A stretch of 34,633 nucleotides of DNA from NCBI GenBank assembly GCA_964499645.1, contig CAZCLV010000002.1, positions 1 through 34,633 on the forward strand, written 5' to 3'. Source of the DNA: an uncultured Mycoplasma sp. (lineage in GTDB: Bacteria; Bacillota_I; Bacilli_A; RF39; UBA660). Each line of letters opens with the position of its first letter. Position 1 is the first letter of the stretch. This document shows positions 9,754-19,117 of the stretch, piece after piece. The translations under genes and the position numbers were made by a program. The notes beneath the pieces are model-generated. The model was not told where the DNA came from, searched no databases, and was given only the letters and a program-made list of their open reading frames with translations.

Positions 9754-10668
9754 TTACTTTATTGTTTTTCTAGTTAATGTTGTAGCATTGCCATTTTCAT
9801 CGTAATTTGTAGTTTTAAAATATATTTCTCTTTTTTCTTGATTATTTTTTTCTCTAAGAGCATTTTCTCCAATAATATATTTATTAATCTTTTCATTATA
9901 AATTGCTATATTACTATCATATTCCATTAATCTAATAATTAGTTCATCATATAATTCATAATTATATTGACCATTTTCATCTAAAAATAATTGTTCCATT
10001 GAAAAATAATCGTTTTCTTCCATATAAACATTTGCTAAATTTTTCTTATCTATATCTTCTTCTCTGTCTAAATATAATTGTTGCATTTTTAGATTATAAT
10101 AATCTACAAGTATTCTATATGTCTCTATTTGATAATTTATATAGTAAGTTGTATCTATTGCTTGTTCCTCTGTTTGTAATTTTCCTAGTTCATCGTAAGT
10201 ATAAATAGTAATAAAGTTTGATGTATCCTTTTGATCAGTTGAATCGCAATAAATCTCTTCTAGTTGATTAGGAATCTCTGATTTATATTTATAATGTATT
10301 GTTTTGATGTTTTTTAACTTTGATTTTAAAAATTCATCTTCTTCTTGATTACTTAGATCTTCATCTACATAAAACTCTATGTTTTTATAGATTTCAAAAC
10401 TATTTTCCTCTTTAATAAAGAAAATACTAACACTTTTTTTAAGCTCATCATCATTACAAAAGTTTAGTATTTCTCCATATTGATCATAAGAAATATCTTT
10501 TGAATTAATTTCTTTTATTATTTCATATACTTTATTTATAATACCATGGTTAAAATATCCTATTAAATGAAATGCGTTTTTTACTAACTCATAATTATCA
10601 TCTTTATAGTTTTCTTTGTATTCTCCTATTATTTTCCTCATGCATATTGAAAAACTACTATTTTCCAT
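9754..10668 (-). CDS. Hypothetical acidic cytoplasmic protein, translationally coupled to smc
   Basis: 304 aa, rich in D/E/Y/N, with no TM segment or signal peptide and no motif I recognise. Its GGTGAT RBS overlaps the smc stop (TAAAGGTGATATTATG). Confidence 0.6.
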   Translation of the reverse strand: MENSSFSICMRKIIGEYKENYKDDNYELVKNAFHLIGYFNHGIINKVYEIIKEINSKDISYDQYGEILNFCNDDELKKSVSIFFIKEENSFEIYKNIEFYVDEDLSNQEEDEFLKSKLKNIKTIHYKYKSEIPNQLEEIYCDSTDQKDTSNFITIYTYDELGKLQTEEQAIDTTYYINYQIETYRILVDYYNLKMQQLYLDREEDIDKKNLANVYMEENDYFSMEQLFLDENGQYNYELYDELIIRLMEYDSNIAIYNEKINKYIIGENALREKNNQEKREIYFKTTNYDENGNATTLTRKTIK

Positions 10669-10678
10669 AATATCACCT

Positions 10679-13615
10679 TTAATCTACTAACTTAACGCTA
10701 ACTAATTTTGATACACCAGATTCTTGCATTGTTATTCCATATAATGTATTAGCATATTCCATCGTTTTTTTCTTATGTGTAATTACTATCAATTGTGTTT
10801 TTCCTACATATTTATTAAAATAATTACCTACTTTATCAACATTCACTTCATCCAACGCTGCTTCTATTTCATCAAATAAACAGAATGGTATTTTTTTAAT
10901 ATTTAATATTGCAAATAATAGACTTATTGCTGTCAAAGTTTTTTCTCCACCTGATAATAGTGATATGGCAGAAACTTTCTTTCCTGGTGGAGTTACACTA
11001 ATATCTATTCCTGTTTCTAAAATATTATTTGCATCAGTTAAACTTAATTTAGCAGTTCCACCTTCAAATAAATCTCTAAACACTTTATTAAACTCTGCTT
11101 CTATTTCTTTAAATGTCTTAAAAAATTCATCTTTCATAACAACATCTAATTCATCAATAATTGATAATAAGGTTTTAATAGCATTTTCTAAATCTTCATT
11201 TTGTTTTATTAAAAAATCATAGCGTTTATTAATTCTTTCATATTCTTCAATAGCACCCAAGTTTACTGTACCTATATTTTTTAATTCTCTTCGATAATCA
11301 TTTACATTTTTTCTAGCAATACTTTCTTCAATTTCCAATATATAATTTGATTTTGCTTTTTCAAAAGTCATTTCATAGTTTTCACTTAATATATTAAGTA
11401 AATTATCCATTTTTACACTTCTACTTGTATTTTTAATTTCTAATTCTTTTAAAGTGTTTTCTAGTTCTCTTATTGTAGAGTTGTTTACTCTAAAGCTAGC
11501 TTGTAGTTCTTCAATCTCAGATGTAAGATCTTCTTTTTCTTTTGTTATTAATACTACTTTTTTACCAAGTAATTCTTTTTTATTTAGTACATCGTAATAC
11601 TTGTTAACAATTTTTTCTTCTTCTTGTGAAATATTTTCATTAATTAAATCATTTAAGTTATCTAATTCTAGTTCTTTTTCTTCATATTCTTTTTTTATCA
11701 TTTCATAAGAATTATTTTTATTATTTAAATCTTCTTGAATTAATAATTTTTCTTTTTCTAAATCTAATAATACTTGTTGTTCTTCTTTAATTTTTCTAGA
11801 TTCTTCATCTATTTTATTTTCTAATTCAATTACTTCTTTTTCTAAAATATGTTGCCTTGTAATTAAGCTTTGTAATTCATATTTTTCATTAATAATACTT
11901 CTTTGTTTAATGGAACCTCCTGTAATTGATCCACCAACATTAATAATTTCTCCTTGTAATGTAACAATTTTAAAACGATTATTAATCTTTTTACTAATAC
12001 TATTTGCATTATCAATGTTATCTACTAATAAAACATTTCCTAATTGATTAAATATAATATTATAGTATGTTGAATCATAATGTACTAACGATGCAAAAAC
12101 ATCTATAAATCCTGGTTCCTTTTTTAATAAATTTAATATCTCATTTTCTATTGTTCTAGGTTTTATAACATCAAGTGGAAAAAAAGTTACTCTTCCATAG
12201 TTATTTTCTTTCAAATAATTAATACACATTTTGGCAATACTTGGATTATCCACAACAACATAGTCTTTAGCACCACCTAAGGCAATATCTAGCGCTAATG
12301 CATAATTATCATCTGTTTCAATTAATCTTGAAATAGTATTATGAATACCTTTAATTCTTGGATTTGATAAAATCTTTTTAACACTTGGGCTTGTATTTCC
12401 ACCCTCTTCAATATAATCATTTAAATATTTTATTTTATATTCTAAATCAGTTATATCTTTTTTCTTATTAAGTAAATTATTATCAAGAATGTTTTTTGAT
12501 GATACAAGTGCTTTAAATTTTTCTGTTTTTAGGAATAACTTATTTGTTGTTTCTTTTCCTTGTTTTATTAAAATATCTATATCAGTTTTTAACGATAAAA
12601 TTTTATTATTAATAATAAGTTGTTGTTCTTTTAAATGAGAAACATTATCATGAATTTTTAAATCTTCACTATCATATTTGCTTCTCTCTTTAATAATGTT
12701 TTTTTCACCATTTATTTTTTCTTCTTCTTTTGTTAATTCTATATACTCTTTATTAAATGAAGTAATTTCTTCATTTAACTTTATTAATTTTTCCTTTTTA
12801 TGTTCTATATCTATATCATTATTGGTAGTATTAGTACTTAGATCAACAATTTTATTTTGTAGATCTTCAATAGTTTTCTTTCCTTCATGAAAAGAGAAAT
12901 TTAGTTTTTCTAAATCATTAGCAATTAAGGCTATTTCTATACTTTCTAGTTTTTCTTTGTTATCTAAATACTTTTTTGCCTGAATGCTTTGTTCTTTTAA
13001 TGGTTCAATTTGTCCTTCAATTTCACTTATAATATCATGAACTCTATTTAAGTTTTCATTTGTTTTTTCTAGTTTTTTTAATGCTTCTTCTTTTCTTTTT
13101 TTATATTTTAATACACCCGCAGCTTCTTCAAAAATAATTCTTCTATCAGTTGGAGAATCACTAATAATCTTATTTATTTCTCCTTGTGAAATTATATTAA
13201 AAGCATATTTTCCCATTCCACTATCAATAAATAAATCGTTTATATCTTTCAATCGACATTTTTCATTGTTTAAATAATATTCTGTTTCTCCACTACGATA
13301 AACTTTTCTTGTTACAGATATTTCTGAATATGGAACCTTTATATAAGAGTCACTATTATCAAATATTAGTGAAACACTTGCTAAGTTTAAAGGATTTCTA
13401 CTTTTGCTACCTGAAAATATAACATCTGTCATATTATTTGTACCACGAAGTGATTTAATTGATTGTTCACCAAGTACCCATCTAACAGCATCTATTATAT
13501 TACTTTTTCCAGAACCATTTGGTCCAACAATACAAGTAATTTCATTATCTAAGTTTATATTAATCTTATCTGCAAATGATTTAAACCCTGAAATTTTTAT
13601 TTCTTTTAAATACAT
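10679..13615 (-). CDS. smc: Chromosome condensation/segregation ATPase SMC (short form, 978 aa)
   Basis: N-terminal Walker A GPNGSGKSN. Long coiled-coil arms. Hinge-like G-rich centre (GGSITGGS). C-terminal signature LSGGEKT and Walker B CLFDEIEAALD. Confidence 0.95.
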   Translation of the reverse strand: MYLKEIKISGFKSFADKININLDNEITCIVGPNGSGKSNIIDAVRWVLGEQSIKSLRGTNNMTDVIFSGSKSRNPLNLASVSLIFDNSDSYIKVPYSEISVTRKVYRSGETEYYLNNEKCRLKDINDLFIDSGMGKYAFNIISQGEINKIISDSPTDRRIIFEEAAGVLKYKKRKEEALKKLEKTNENLNRVHDIISEIEGQIEPLKEQSIQAKKYLDNKEKLESIEIALIANDLEKLNFSFHEGKKTIEDLQNKIVDLSTNTTNNDIDIEHKKEKLIKLNEEITSFNKEYIELTKEEEKINGEKNIIKERSKYDSEDLKIHDNVSHLKEQQLIINNKILSLKTDIDILIKQGKETTNKLFLKTEKFKALVSSKNILDNNLLNKKKDITDLEYKIKYLNDYIEEGGNTSPSVKKILSNPRIKGIHNTISRLIETDDNYALALDIALGGAKDYVVVDNPSIAKMCINYLKENNYGRVTFFPLDVIKPRTIENEILNLLKKEPGFIDVFASLVHYDSTYYNIIFNQLGNVLLVDNIDNANSISKKINNRFKIVTLQGEIINVGGSITGGSIKQRSIINEKYELQSLITRQHILEKEVIELENKIDEESRKIKEEQQVLLDLEKEKLLIQEDLNNKNNSYEMIKKEYEEKELELDNLNDLINENISQEEEKIVNKYYDVLNKKELLGKKVVLITKEKEDLTSEIEELQASFRVNNSTIRELENTLKELEIKNTSRSVKMDNLLNILSENYEMTFEKAKSNYILEIEESIARKNVNDYRRELKNIGTVNLGAIEEYERINKRYDFLIKQNEDLENAIKTLLSIIDELDVVMKDEFFKTFKEIEAEFNKVFRDLFEGGTAKLSLTDANNILETGIDISVTPPGKKVSAISLLSGGEKTLTAISLLFAILNIKKIPFCLFDEIEAALDEVNVDKVGNYFNKYVGKTQLIVITHKKKTMEYANTLYGITMQESGVSKLVSVKLVD

Positions 13616-13709
13616 ATTTTCACCTTCTACAATTCTTATTTAATTATACCAAAAAAATAGAAAAGAAAAAACCTTTTTTGGTAGTTTATATAAATGTTAT
13701 GGTATTTTT

Positions 13710-13741
13710 ATTTACATTTGTGTTTTACGTAAAATTTACAT
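13710..13741. promoter_or_regulatory. Candidate operator: perfect 12-bp palindrome flanked by direct repeats
   Basis: TTTTACGTAAAA (13723-13734) lies between two copies of ATTTACAT (13710-13717 and 13734-13741), about 75 bp upstream of the plus-strand TasA-like gene. Confidence 0.35.
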
Positions 13742-13758
13742 ATTTGTTGGTATTTGTA

Positions 13759-13787
13759 TTAAAAAAATGTGTAAAATAACTTATAAT
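13759..13787 (+). promoter_or_regulatory. Possible sigma-A promoter of the plus-strand TasA-like gene
   Basis: TTAAAA (13759-13764), 17-bp spacer, TATAAT (13782-13787), 25 nt upstream of ATG 13813. AT-rich context makes chance matches likely. Confidence 0.3.
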
Positions 13788-13812
13788 TATATTAGAGAAA
13801 GGGGTCTTTTAT

Positions 13813-14505
13813 ATGCTCAAAAAACTAAAGATTATTTTGGTGTTTATCTCATTGTCAGTAGCTCTTTGTTTGATGAGCAATACTTATTCAAGATATGTCT
13901 CAGATGCAACTGGTAATGTTAACTTATCTTTTGCAAATTGGCAAATTCTCGTAAATAGCAATGATATAACTAGTAATTCATCTACTGAATTAACTTTTAT
14001 TCCAGTAATTGAACAAAATAGTAATGTTAAATCAGGAGTTGTTGCTCCTTCTTCAAAAGGTTATTTTGATATTCAGATTAATCCATCAAATGTTGATGTT
14101 TCATTTACTTACTCAATTACATTGGGTGTTACAAATGAAAATATGCCTGATTTAATGATTACAAAGTATTCAATAGTTCCGGATGGATATATTGAAGGTA
14201 ATGCCTTAGAAGTAATAGAATTACAAGATAATAATATTACTAACACCTTGAATTATAATAAAAATATAAACAACTTTAGATTTAGTCCATTCACTATAAG
14301 AGTTTATTTTGAATGGTATGAAGGAAGCAATGAAACAATGGACGATGCAGCAGATACACTAGTAGGAGAAACCGCTGTAAGTGACAACACTACATTTACT
14401 ATAAATGCAAATATAAGTTTTGAACAGGTTATAACACAATCTCAAGCACAAACACAAAATAATGAAGAAAATCCTGTAGTTGAAGAAGAAGCCCCAAATG
14501 AATAA
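13813..14505 (+). CDS. Secreted TasA/camelysin-class protein with SipW-type signal motif (small class)
   Basis: Signal peptide ending ...LMSNTYSRYVSDATG (compare TasA/camelysin GT(W/Y)A.F.D). Beta-rich body. Penultimate strand FTINANISFEQ is typical of the family's terminal ...a.Q strand. Acidic tail. Confidence 0.6.
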   Translation: MLKKLKIILVFISLSVALCLMSNTYSRYVSDATGNVNLSFANWQILVNSNDITSNSSTELTFIPVIEQNSNVKSGVVAPSSKGYFDIQINPSNVDVSFTYSITLGVTNENMPDLMITKYSIVPDGYIEGNALEVIELQDNNITNTLNYNKNINNFRFSPFTIRVYFEWYEGSNETMDDAADTLVGETAVSDNTTFTINANISFEQVITQSQAQTQNNEENPVVEEEAPNE

Positions 14506-14527
14506 AAAGCCATTATGGCTTTTTTTA
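14504..14527. terminator. Bidirectional rho-independent terminator between convergent fibre-locus genes
   Basis: AAAAAGCCA (14504-14512) / TGGCTTTTT (14516-14524), loop TTA, T-run to 14527. The A-run on the left provides the T-tail for the minus strand. Confidence 0.75.
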
Positions 14528-14597
14528 TTTATAAAATGTTTAATTTTATAAAAGCATTAACTATTTTTATACTGGTTGAAGTTAAAACTTTTATTTA

Positions 14598-15818
14598 TTA
14601 CTTTATATATTCTATTACTGGAATAACCTTACATAATGAAGTTTTACTATTCCCAAATATTTTAGAATTTACATTGTCAATCTTTTCATATGAAAAGACT
14701 TTTTCATTATTATAACCTGTATTTATCCAATAACATGTATCTGATAATAAATAAGTAAATTTTTCATTAATAAACTTGTAATATCCATTTGAATTAATTG
14801 CTTTAGTAATTTCTGTATTAATTCTATCATTATAATTAAGATTTCCTATAAGTGAATCTGATATATTATCTCTTACTAAAAGTGAATTTGTAATATCTTT
14901 GGAAACTATTTTTAATATATCATTTACTGTTAATGGACGTTTATTTACTTCCCATCCATTTGTTAAGTTTAACATTGTAGAGTTATAATTCTCATAGTTT
15001 GAGGTTAAATAATTAGAAGTTGGATCTGGTAATAAAGTTACTTTTTCATCTTCAAGTTTATTATTTATATCTATAACATAAGTTTTTATGCATGTGTTAC
15101 TTATTTCTTGACATATTTGGTTATTTACAACATCAAATAATATTTCTTCCCCTAAGTTATAATTTGGATCACTGGCAATATCATTTTCAATATATTGTTC
15201 CGCCGTAACACTTATTACTATTTGTAGAGATGATCTAATTTCATAGTTTGAATCTGCAGTTTTTTGTTCATTTTCATGTTTTTTAAAATTATATGCATCA
15301 GAACCCCAAATACTATCACTATTGTTATTGCCTGAATCTAATGGCCATGATATAGATACTTCAAAACTACTTTGATCATTTTTTGCCAAAATATAATTTT
15401 TACTTAAATTCATATTAATATGAAAAGGATAATTGTGTGATAATAGATCTTCAACATATTCAGAAGTAATAGTATTATCATCAATTAAAAAGTTGTTTTC
15501 TTCTTTATCTAAAAGTCTAGCAGATATTATTGAATACTTTAAAGTAGCATCTGAATCTCCTAAGTTCTTAATATTAATTAACTCATGGACTGTTTCCATA
15601 CCTGGATATATATTATCTAATGAAATAACTATATCATTTGATACTTTTTTTCCATTTTTATCTAACTCAATATGCCAAGATTTTACTCCTATTTCAGTAT
15701 TAACATTTGATAATCCTGTATATGCAAACCATGCAAAAGTTACTGATATAAGTGAAACTACTATAAAAATTACAGGCATTATATTAATACGTAAATACTT
15801 TTTATACTTGTTCTTCAT
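14598..15818 (-). CDS. Secreted TasA-class protein (FAWF signal motif) with a C-terminal extension of about 190 aa
   Basis: Signal anchor ...LISVTFAWFAYTG. Core strands VHELINIKNLGDSDATLKY and LQIVISVTAEQ fit the TasA-like sandwich pattern. An extra Cys-containing domain follows. GGTGAT-N4-ATG RBS. Confidence 0.6.
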   Translation of the reverse strand: MKNKYKKYLRINIMPVIFIVVSLISVTFAWFAYTGLSNVNTEIGVKSWHIELDKNGKKVSNDIVISLDNIYPGMETVHELINIKNLGDSDATLKYSIISARLLDKEENNFLIDDNTITSEYVEDLLSHNYPFHINMNLSKNYILAKNDQSSFEVSISWPLDSGNNNSDSIWGSDAYNFKKHENEQKTADSNYEIRSSLQIVISVTAEQYIENDIASDPNYNLGEEILFDVVNNQICQEISNTCIKTYVIDINNKLEDEKVTLLPDPTSNYLTSNYENYNSTMLNLTNGWEVNKRPLTVNDILKIVSKDITNSLLVRDNISDSLIGNLNYNDRINTEITKAINSNGYYKFINEKFTYLLSDTCYWINTGYNNEKVFSYEKIDNVNSKIFGNSKTSLCKVIPVIEYIK

Positions 15819-15849
15819 TTATATCACCTACCTTGCATTTACAATATTT

Positions 15850-16428
15850 TTATTCTTCTTTTAGTTTATTTCTTCTTTTTTCTTCTCTTTCCAACATAGT
15901 TGAAATAATTTCTGCCCCAATAATTATTACAATTGGAATTACTATAAATAAAAAGAATCCTATTTTTGTACCTACTATTTTATAAACTAATGATAATAAG
16001 AATACTCTATATATTACTTTTCCATATAATTGTTCTTCATATATAGTTGGATCTTCAACTAAATTAGCTAATCCTCTAGCACGAAAAATATATCTACCAT
16101 TTTCATCTTGTTTAATATTTGTAACTTGATGGGTAATAACTTTCCCATTAAAGTCCCCTTGTTCTCCTAAGTAGCTAATTGTATCGCCAACTCTAATTTT
16201 ACTAGCATCAATCTTTTTAGATATTAATACATCCCCTATTGAGTACTTTGGTTCCATTGAACCAGAAACGACTGTAAACATTCTTAAATTAAAGAATGAT
16301 ATTTTATTACCACTAAATCTTTGTAAACATACTGCTAATATAAATACCACCAATAATATAAAGAACAAAGTACTAAATACTTTCTTAATTATACTAAACG
16401 TTTTATGTTCTTTTTTTTCTTTTTCCAT
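15850..16428 (-). CDS. sipW: Signal peptidase I, SipW (archaeal/ER S26B) type
   Basis: N- and C-terminal TM segments. Motifs VVSGSMEPKYSIGDVLI (catalytic Ser), VGDTISY, VITHQV (His). The track's GTG start at 16437 lies inside the AGGTGAT RBS, so ATG 16428 was chosen. Confidence 0.8.
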   Translation of the reverse strand: MEKEKKEHKTFSIIKKVFSTLFFILLVVFILAVCLQRFSGNKISFFNLRMFTVVSGSMEPKYSIGDVLISKKIDASKIRVGDTISYLGEQGDFNGKVITHQVTNIKQDENGRYIFRARGLANLVEDPTIYEEQLYGKVIYRVFLLSLVYKIVGTKIGFFLFIVIPIVIIIGAEIISTMLEREEKRRNKLKEE

Positions 16429-16437
16429 TTTTATCAC

Positions 16438-17571
16438 CTATAAATAATCTTTTGTCCTTTCTAAATAATCATCCATTGCACTTTTAAATTTATTTTTTAC
16501 ATCGTTACTTCCTATCAATGTATTATTCTTTGCTCTTTTTATTTCTGATGTTACCATACTAAGTATTTCTTCTTCTGTTATCTTTATTCCACTATTTAAC
16601 AATAATGAAACTATTTTTTGTAATTGTTGTGTTATCATCATAATTGCATACTTTGACAGTTTTTCTTTCTGCGCTTTTTTGGTAGAGCAAACAGAGTCCA
16701 ATACATAATAGTCCATTAAGAAAGATTGATCTAAAATTTCTTTTAGAGTATCATTTCCTTCTGTTTCTAATCCCTCATTAAAATTATCATTTCCTTTGTT
16801 ATCATATGTTTGTAGGAACGTCCATAATTTCATAGCAACTTGAAAGTTAGGATTTTTTAAAATAACATTAGTTCTTTTTATTGGAGGAGTTACTGGTGCT
16901 ACATGTATTTTATCCAACGCTTTTGCAAGTTCACTTCTTTTCCAACTTGATATATAATCTTTAATTCTTTTAACTCTTTCTTTTAGTGATTCCATCTCAT
17001 TACCAAAATCATCTTTATTACCATCTTTTGGCAACTCACTTGTTCCTATTTTTAATTCTATTGTTACTTTTTCATTATTAGTTACAGTAGAAGACATATA
17101 TTCTAATGATTTGTTGTTCTTTGTCTCAATTGAATCTAGTTGTGCTTCTTTTTGAAATACAAATCTCACTAAATTATTTAATAAAGTATAAAGAAATCTA
17201 TTTTCATAAGTGTTATATGTTTCTTCACTACGTACATCCAATATTTTTGATGGTTGTACTTCTTCTGTAATAGGATCTATTTTTTCTATAAAGTGTGTGT
17301 TTCTAGATAAATTTTTTACACTGGCCACCGTTATTTTTCTGGCTTTTTCTATTTTTACAATGTTCTCTTCACTAATTAATGCCAGTTTAGGTGCTTTAAA
17401 AATGTTATCAAGGTATTGACAGGCATGTTCAATTTCATCTACCCAATCAAGTACCATATTATCACTAGACAGTTCTGATTTATATTGCATTTTAGAATTA
17501 TTTTTTTCCATAAACAAATCACATTTTTGTTTTAATCCTTCATCAACTAATGAATTGATGTTTTTTGCCAT
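16438..17571 (-). CDS. McrC N-terminal-domain-like protein (DUF2357-like), no convincing nuclease motif
   Basis: EETYNTYENRFLYTLLNNLV resembles the E. coli McrC stretch NEDTLANRIIKSTLAILI (recalled). 377 aa, cytoplasmic. Only a weak E-x-K candidate (EKVTIELK), with no matching upstream Asp. Start lies 13 nt after the stop of the McrB-like gene. Confidence 0.45.
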   Translation of the reverse strand: MAKNINSLVDEGLKQKCDLFMEKNNSKMQYKSELSSDNMVLDWVDEIEHACQYLDNIFKAPKLALISEENIVKIEKARKITVASVKNLSRNTHFIEKIDPITEEVQPSKILDVRSEETYNTYENRFLYTLLNNLVRFVFQKEAQLDSIETKNNKSLEYMSSTVTNNEKVTIELKIGTSELPKDGNKDDFGNEMESLKERVKRIKDYISSWKRSELAKALDKIHVAPVTPPIKRTNVILKNPNFQVAMKLWTFLQTYDNKGNDNFNEGLETEGNDTLKEILDQSFLMDYYVLDSVCSTKKAQKEKLSKYAIMMITQQLQKIVSLLLNSGIKITEEEILSMVTSEIKRAKNNTLIGSNDVKNKFKSAMDDYLERTKDYL

Positions 17572-17584
17572 ATATAATCACTTC

Positions 17585-19114
17585 CTATACTGATTTTTTA
17601 ATTCTTTGTAAGTATTCAATACATTCTTTCATAGCGCCTTTTCCAAAATTTGTATCTAAATATGTAATAAATGGATCTATTTCATCACGTATAAATGAAA
17701 TATTTAATTGTTCAAATTTACGGAATATTTTTTTGGCGATAAAGTAATCTATTGCTGCTATTTCATTTCCACCACATGCTACATATACCGGAACAAATGT
17801 CCTCAATTGTTTCATAATACGATTCCCAAATGCTATTCTAAAATGTTTTATAACATAATCATCCATTTCTTTTATTTTATCTAAGTTTGAATCTAAAACA
17901 GGATGTTCTTCAATAGCTGTTTTGAATAATGATTCTAAATAAGTGGAATTAATATCCATTGCTTCTTGTTCTCTACATTTAAATGGATCTATTTTACTAT
18001 TTATATCTATTGGCATTGCACGGTCATATACTTTATCTGTAACCATAAATGTTGAATCATCGTTATTGATTGTACCAATATACCATAAGTTACCTGGTAA
18101 TTTTAATTTTCCACCAATAATTCCTTTGGGATCACTTGCCCAAGAGTTAGTAACAAGTTCGATAATCCATTCATCTCTTGAAGGCATTTCCAGAATTGAT
18201 AGCATTTCTGCAAAGTAATATTCTACACGAGCAATATTCATTTCATCTAGAATTATTGTATGGACATCATCATCGTAATTTGAACGATATAATTCTGCTA
18301 AAACATCTGATTCATTAAACTTTTTAGTAAATTCATTGAAGTATCCTAATAATTCTGTTTTATCTCTCCATGAAGGTTCTACTGATGCTATACATGAGTT
18401 ATTTTTAACAAATTTACCCCAAGCATATGCTAGTGAAGTTTTCCCAGTTCCAGATATACCTTGTAAGATAATTAACTTACCACAAGCAAGAGCCGCAATA
18501 AATGGTCTTAATAATTCAGGATCATAATATAAATGTAATTGCCCTGCTGAATAGCATCTAAAATTATCCATCAATTCTTCTAAAGAGAAGTTATTACCAT
18601 AATTTTTAACTTTATATTCTTCATAATCTTTATCAATCTTTGTAAGTTTAGAAAATCTAATATTTGGATCTTCTTTTGTAGCATCTTCTGGTTTTTCTTC
18701 TGTTGCTTCATCTTGTTCTTCTTCATCAGGTTTTAATCCTAAATGAGATACTTTCATTGCCATAATCTCATTTTTTTCTTTTAGTAACTTTTTTACTTGT
18801 CCATTTAATCCAGCTATTTCATCTAATAGTTCTTCTTGATTTAATTTACCTTTTCTTGATCTTAGGATTCTTTTAATTCCAAAAATTATTAGTAGAATAA
18901 TTAATCCTACAATAATTACTAGTGTTAAAACTGATAATCCAACAAATAACCATTCTGGTCCATTAAAGCTACCTTTATAATTATTAATTATTGATAAATA
19001 GTCATTATAATTAACCATTTGAGTTATTCCTACTCCTATTCCTTTGAAGATTACCATTACTCCATCAAAGAATATAGAAATAAATTCATAAAAAAATCTT
19101 AAAAATGTATTCAT
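17585..19114 (-). CDS. Membrane-anchored McrB-family AAA+ NTPase (GTPase-type)
   Basis: Two N-terminal TM segments, then a coiled coil and acidic linker, then the AAA+ core. Core motifs: Walker A LILQGISGTGKTSLA; HTIILDEMNIARVEYYFAEMLSILE (compare McrB IIDEINRANLSKVFGEVMMLME); NLWYIGTINNDDS..VTDKVYDRA (compare NVYIIGLMNTADRSLAVVDYALRRRF). McrB sequence recalled from memory. Confidence 0.7.
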   Translation of the reverse strand: MNTFLRFFYEFISIFFDGVMVIFKGIGVGITQMVNYNDYLSIINNYKGSFNGPEWLFVGLSVLTLVIIVGLIILLIIFGIKRILRSRKGKLNQEELLDEIAGLNGQVKKLLKEKNEIMAMKVSHLGLKPDEEEQDEATEEKPEDATKEDPNIRFSKLTKIDKDYEEYKVKNYGNNFSLEELMDNFRCYSAGQLHLYYDPELLRPFIAALACGKLIILQGISGTGKTSLAYAWGKFVKNNSCIASVEPSWRDKTELLGYFNEFTKKFNESDVLAELYRSNYDDDVHTIILDEMNIARVEYYFAEMLSILEMPSRDEWIIELVTNSWASDPKGIIGGKLKLPGNLWYIGTINNDDSTFMVTDKVYDRAMPIDINSKIDPFKCREQEAMDINSTYLESLFKTAIEEHPVLDSNLDKIKEMDDYVIKHFRIAFGNRIMKQLRTFVPVYVACGGNEIAAIDYFIAKKIFRKFEQLNISFIRDEIDPFITYLDTNFGKGAMKECIEYLQRIKKSV

Positions 19115-19117
19115 ATA

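Noticed and set aside
14515-14715. 66-aa plus-strand ORF after the TasA-like gene
   Set aside because: It starts inside the terminator hairpin, has no RBS and runs into the 3' end of the convergent 406-aa gene. Judged spurious.
16438-19114. Calling the AAA+/partner pair a conventional McrBC restriction system
   Set aside because: The NTPase has TM segments where a DNA-reading domain should be. I cannot find a PD-(D/E)xK nuclease in the partner. Both are translationally coupled to signal peptidase genes. The family relationship is kept but the restriction function is not asserted.
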